A stretch of DNA of 64,000 nucleotides from Takakia lepidozioides (taxonomy: Eukaryota > Plantae > Bryophyta), in the NCBI GenBank assembly GCA_030704615.1, contig CM060731.1, positions 68,944,001 through 69,008,000 on the forward strand. Direction: 5' to 3'. The notes below the pieces were generated by a model. That model did no database searches. It was not told where the DNA came from and saw only the letters and a program-made list of their open reading frames with translations. Position numbers and translations under genes: made by a program. Below are positions 62,767-64,000 of the stretch, one piece after another (positions within the stretch are counted from its first letter, which is position 1; the number at the start of each line of letters is the position of its first letter).

Positions 62767-64000
62767 TGTCACGTGGAGGAGGTGCACATTGTGAGTGTCA
62801 TTACGGAGTTACCCAAGGGTGGTGAGGGGAGTACGGCTACAGGCAGTAACAGTGAGAGTGGGTTCACAAGACGAGGTATTCGGTTCAGACCACCTTCACC
62901 GCCACCCTCAATTACTGTAGAGTCAGACACAGACTCGGAGGCTTCATCAACAGGTGTGCACTTTCATTCGCCATTGTTGTGGGACGACATGGAGGAGATG
63001 TATGGAGCTACCAAGGGGCCTCGTAGGTACTCTGGAGCTGTGGGCACAATCGAGTTGGATGACTTTATCCAGGAGTTCGACAGCTGGTGTGATTTGCAGC
63101 AGATGCGCAATCCACAGCTATTCACCCCATTCATGGCGTGGAAGGGACTGTTCCAACATTTGGAAGGCCCGCCTATGGACGATTACCACGAGTTCAGGCG
63201 AGGACATGAAGCAGAGATTGAGGAGTGGAGGATGTATTGGTCACCTGACTACGTCTCCATTACTCGAGGCACGACGCGACCAGTAGCTGCATCAGTACCA
63301 ATAGCTCCCACTGCCAGCACTAGTAGTGGAGCAGGTAGTGCTGGTACTTCTGCAGGTGGTACCAGTTCAAAAGGTGCTACTACTCCTCCTGCCACAACTA
63401 CAACACATGTGCCTAGATTCAACCCGGTGGTGGAGTTCTTCCAGGAGTTGCGGAGGAACTACCAAGGTGTACGGACAGAGAAGCTGCGAAGTTTGCAAGA
63501 CTTCCAGCGCAAACCCAGTGAGAGCCTGCGAGAGGCGTACACTCGTATGAGGCGCTTGATAAGTGTGACCCAAGGGGTTACTGAAGCTCAGGCAATCCAG
63601 TTTTGGTATGGAATTCTGGACAAGGAGCTCAAGAGAAGGGTGCGAGATGCAACCCTGTTACAAGCAGCCCAACCCACATTAGCAGATGTGTTTTTGCTGG
63701 CTGAGCGGATTGAGCTCAACATGGTGGAGGAGCGAGTTGTTACAATTGGATTTGGCAAGGACATGCCTGTACGGGGCACAGCTGTCAGCCCACAAGCACA
63801 AGGGACTGCCCAACAGCGTGGTCAGGGGGGCAAGGTTGCCCAGCCCAAGTTCCATGGAGCTTACAGGGGACCTCAGGTGCAGAGGCCCGTGGCATCTTTT
63901 GCAGGCCAACAGCAACCAGGGGTGATATGTTGGACATGTGGAGGACCCCATGTCAAGAGAGATTGCCCAGAGAGTGGCAGAAGGCCGGCACAAGCACAGC
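62767..64000 (+). CDS. LTR retrotransposon gag (runs off window end)
   Basis: Open frame from 62767 (first ATG 62989): ELDDFIQEFDSWCD...LQDFQRKPSESLREAYTRM...ILDKELKRRVR...LADVFLLAERIE and zinc knuckle CWTCGGPHVKRDC. It is absent from the ORF track because it has no stop in the window. Confidence 0.85.

Overview
Eukaryotic nuclear DNA of a land plant, most likely a non-seed plant with flagellated sperm (inferred from PLS/E/DYW PPR genes together with enkurin and a CCDC191/Sfi1-like gene). 1-16.5 kb holds eroded PLS-class PPR RNA-editing-factor genes (one ends in a recognisable DYW deaminase), mixed with a Tourist-like MITE, a pogo-type transposase remnant and two orphan SEC-C exons. 16.5-23.7 kb is a young Ty3/gypsy chromovirus split by an internal ~4.6 kb inversion. 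Its gag-PR and RT-RH-INT halves now converge and its two 727-bp LTRs form an inverted repeat, yet both still carry the matching TAATG target-site duplication. 24-55 kb is gene-rich: enkurin, an A1 aspartic protease, TRM5, a CCDC191-like gene, an unassigned small secreted peptide precursor and taxilin, plus RTEX-like and CRE-like non-LTR remnants. 56-64 kb contains a mosaic of gene fragments (NDA dehydrogenase, receptor-like kinase) and a second LTR element. There a single short LTR has a PPT and a 225-aa unknown ORF on one side and a PBS-like site and gag on the other. All calls were made by eye from the sequence and the ORF track; no database searches were run.
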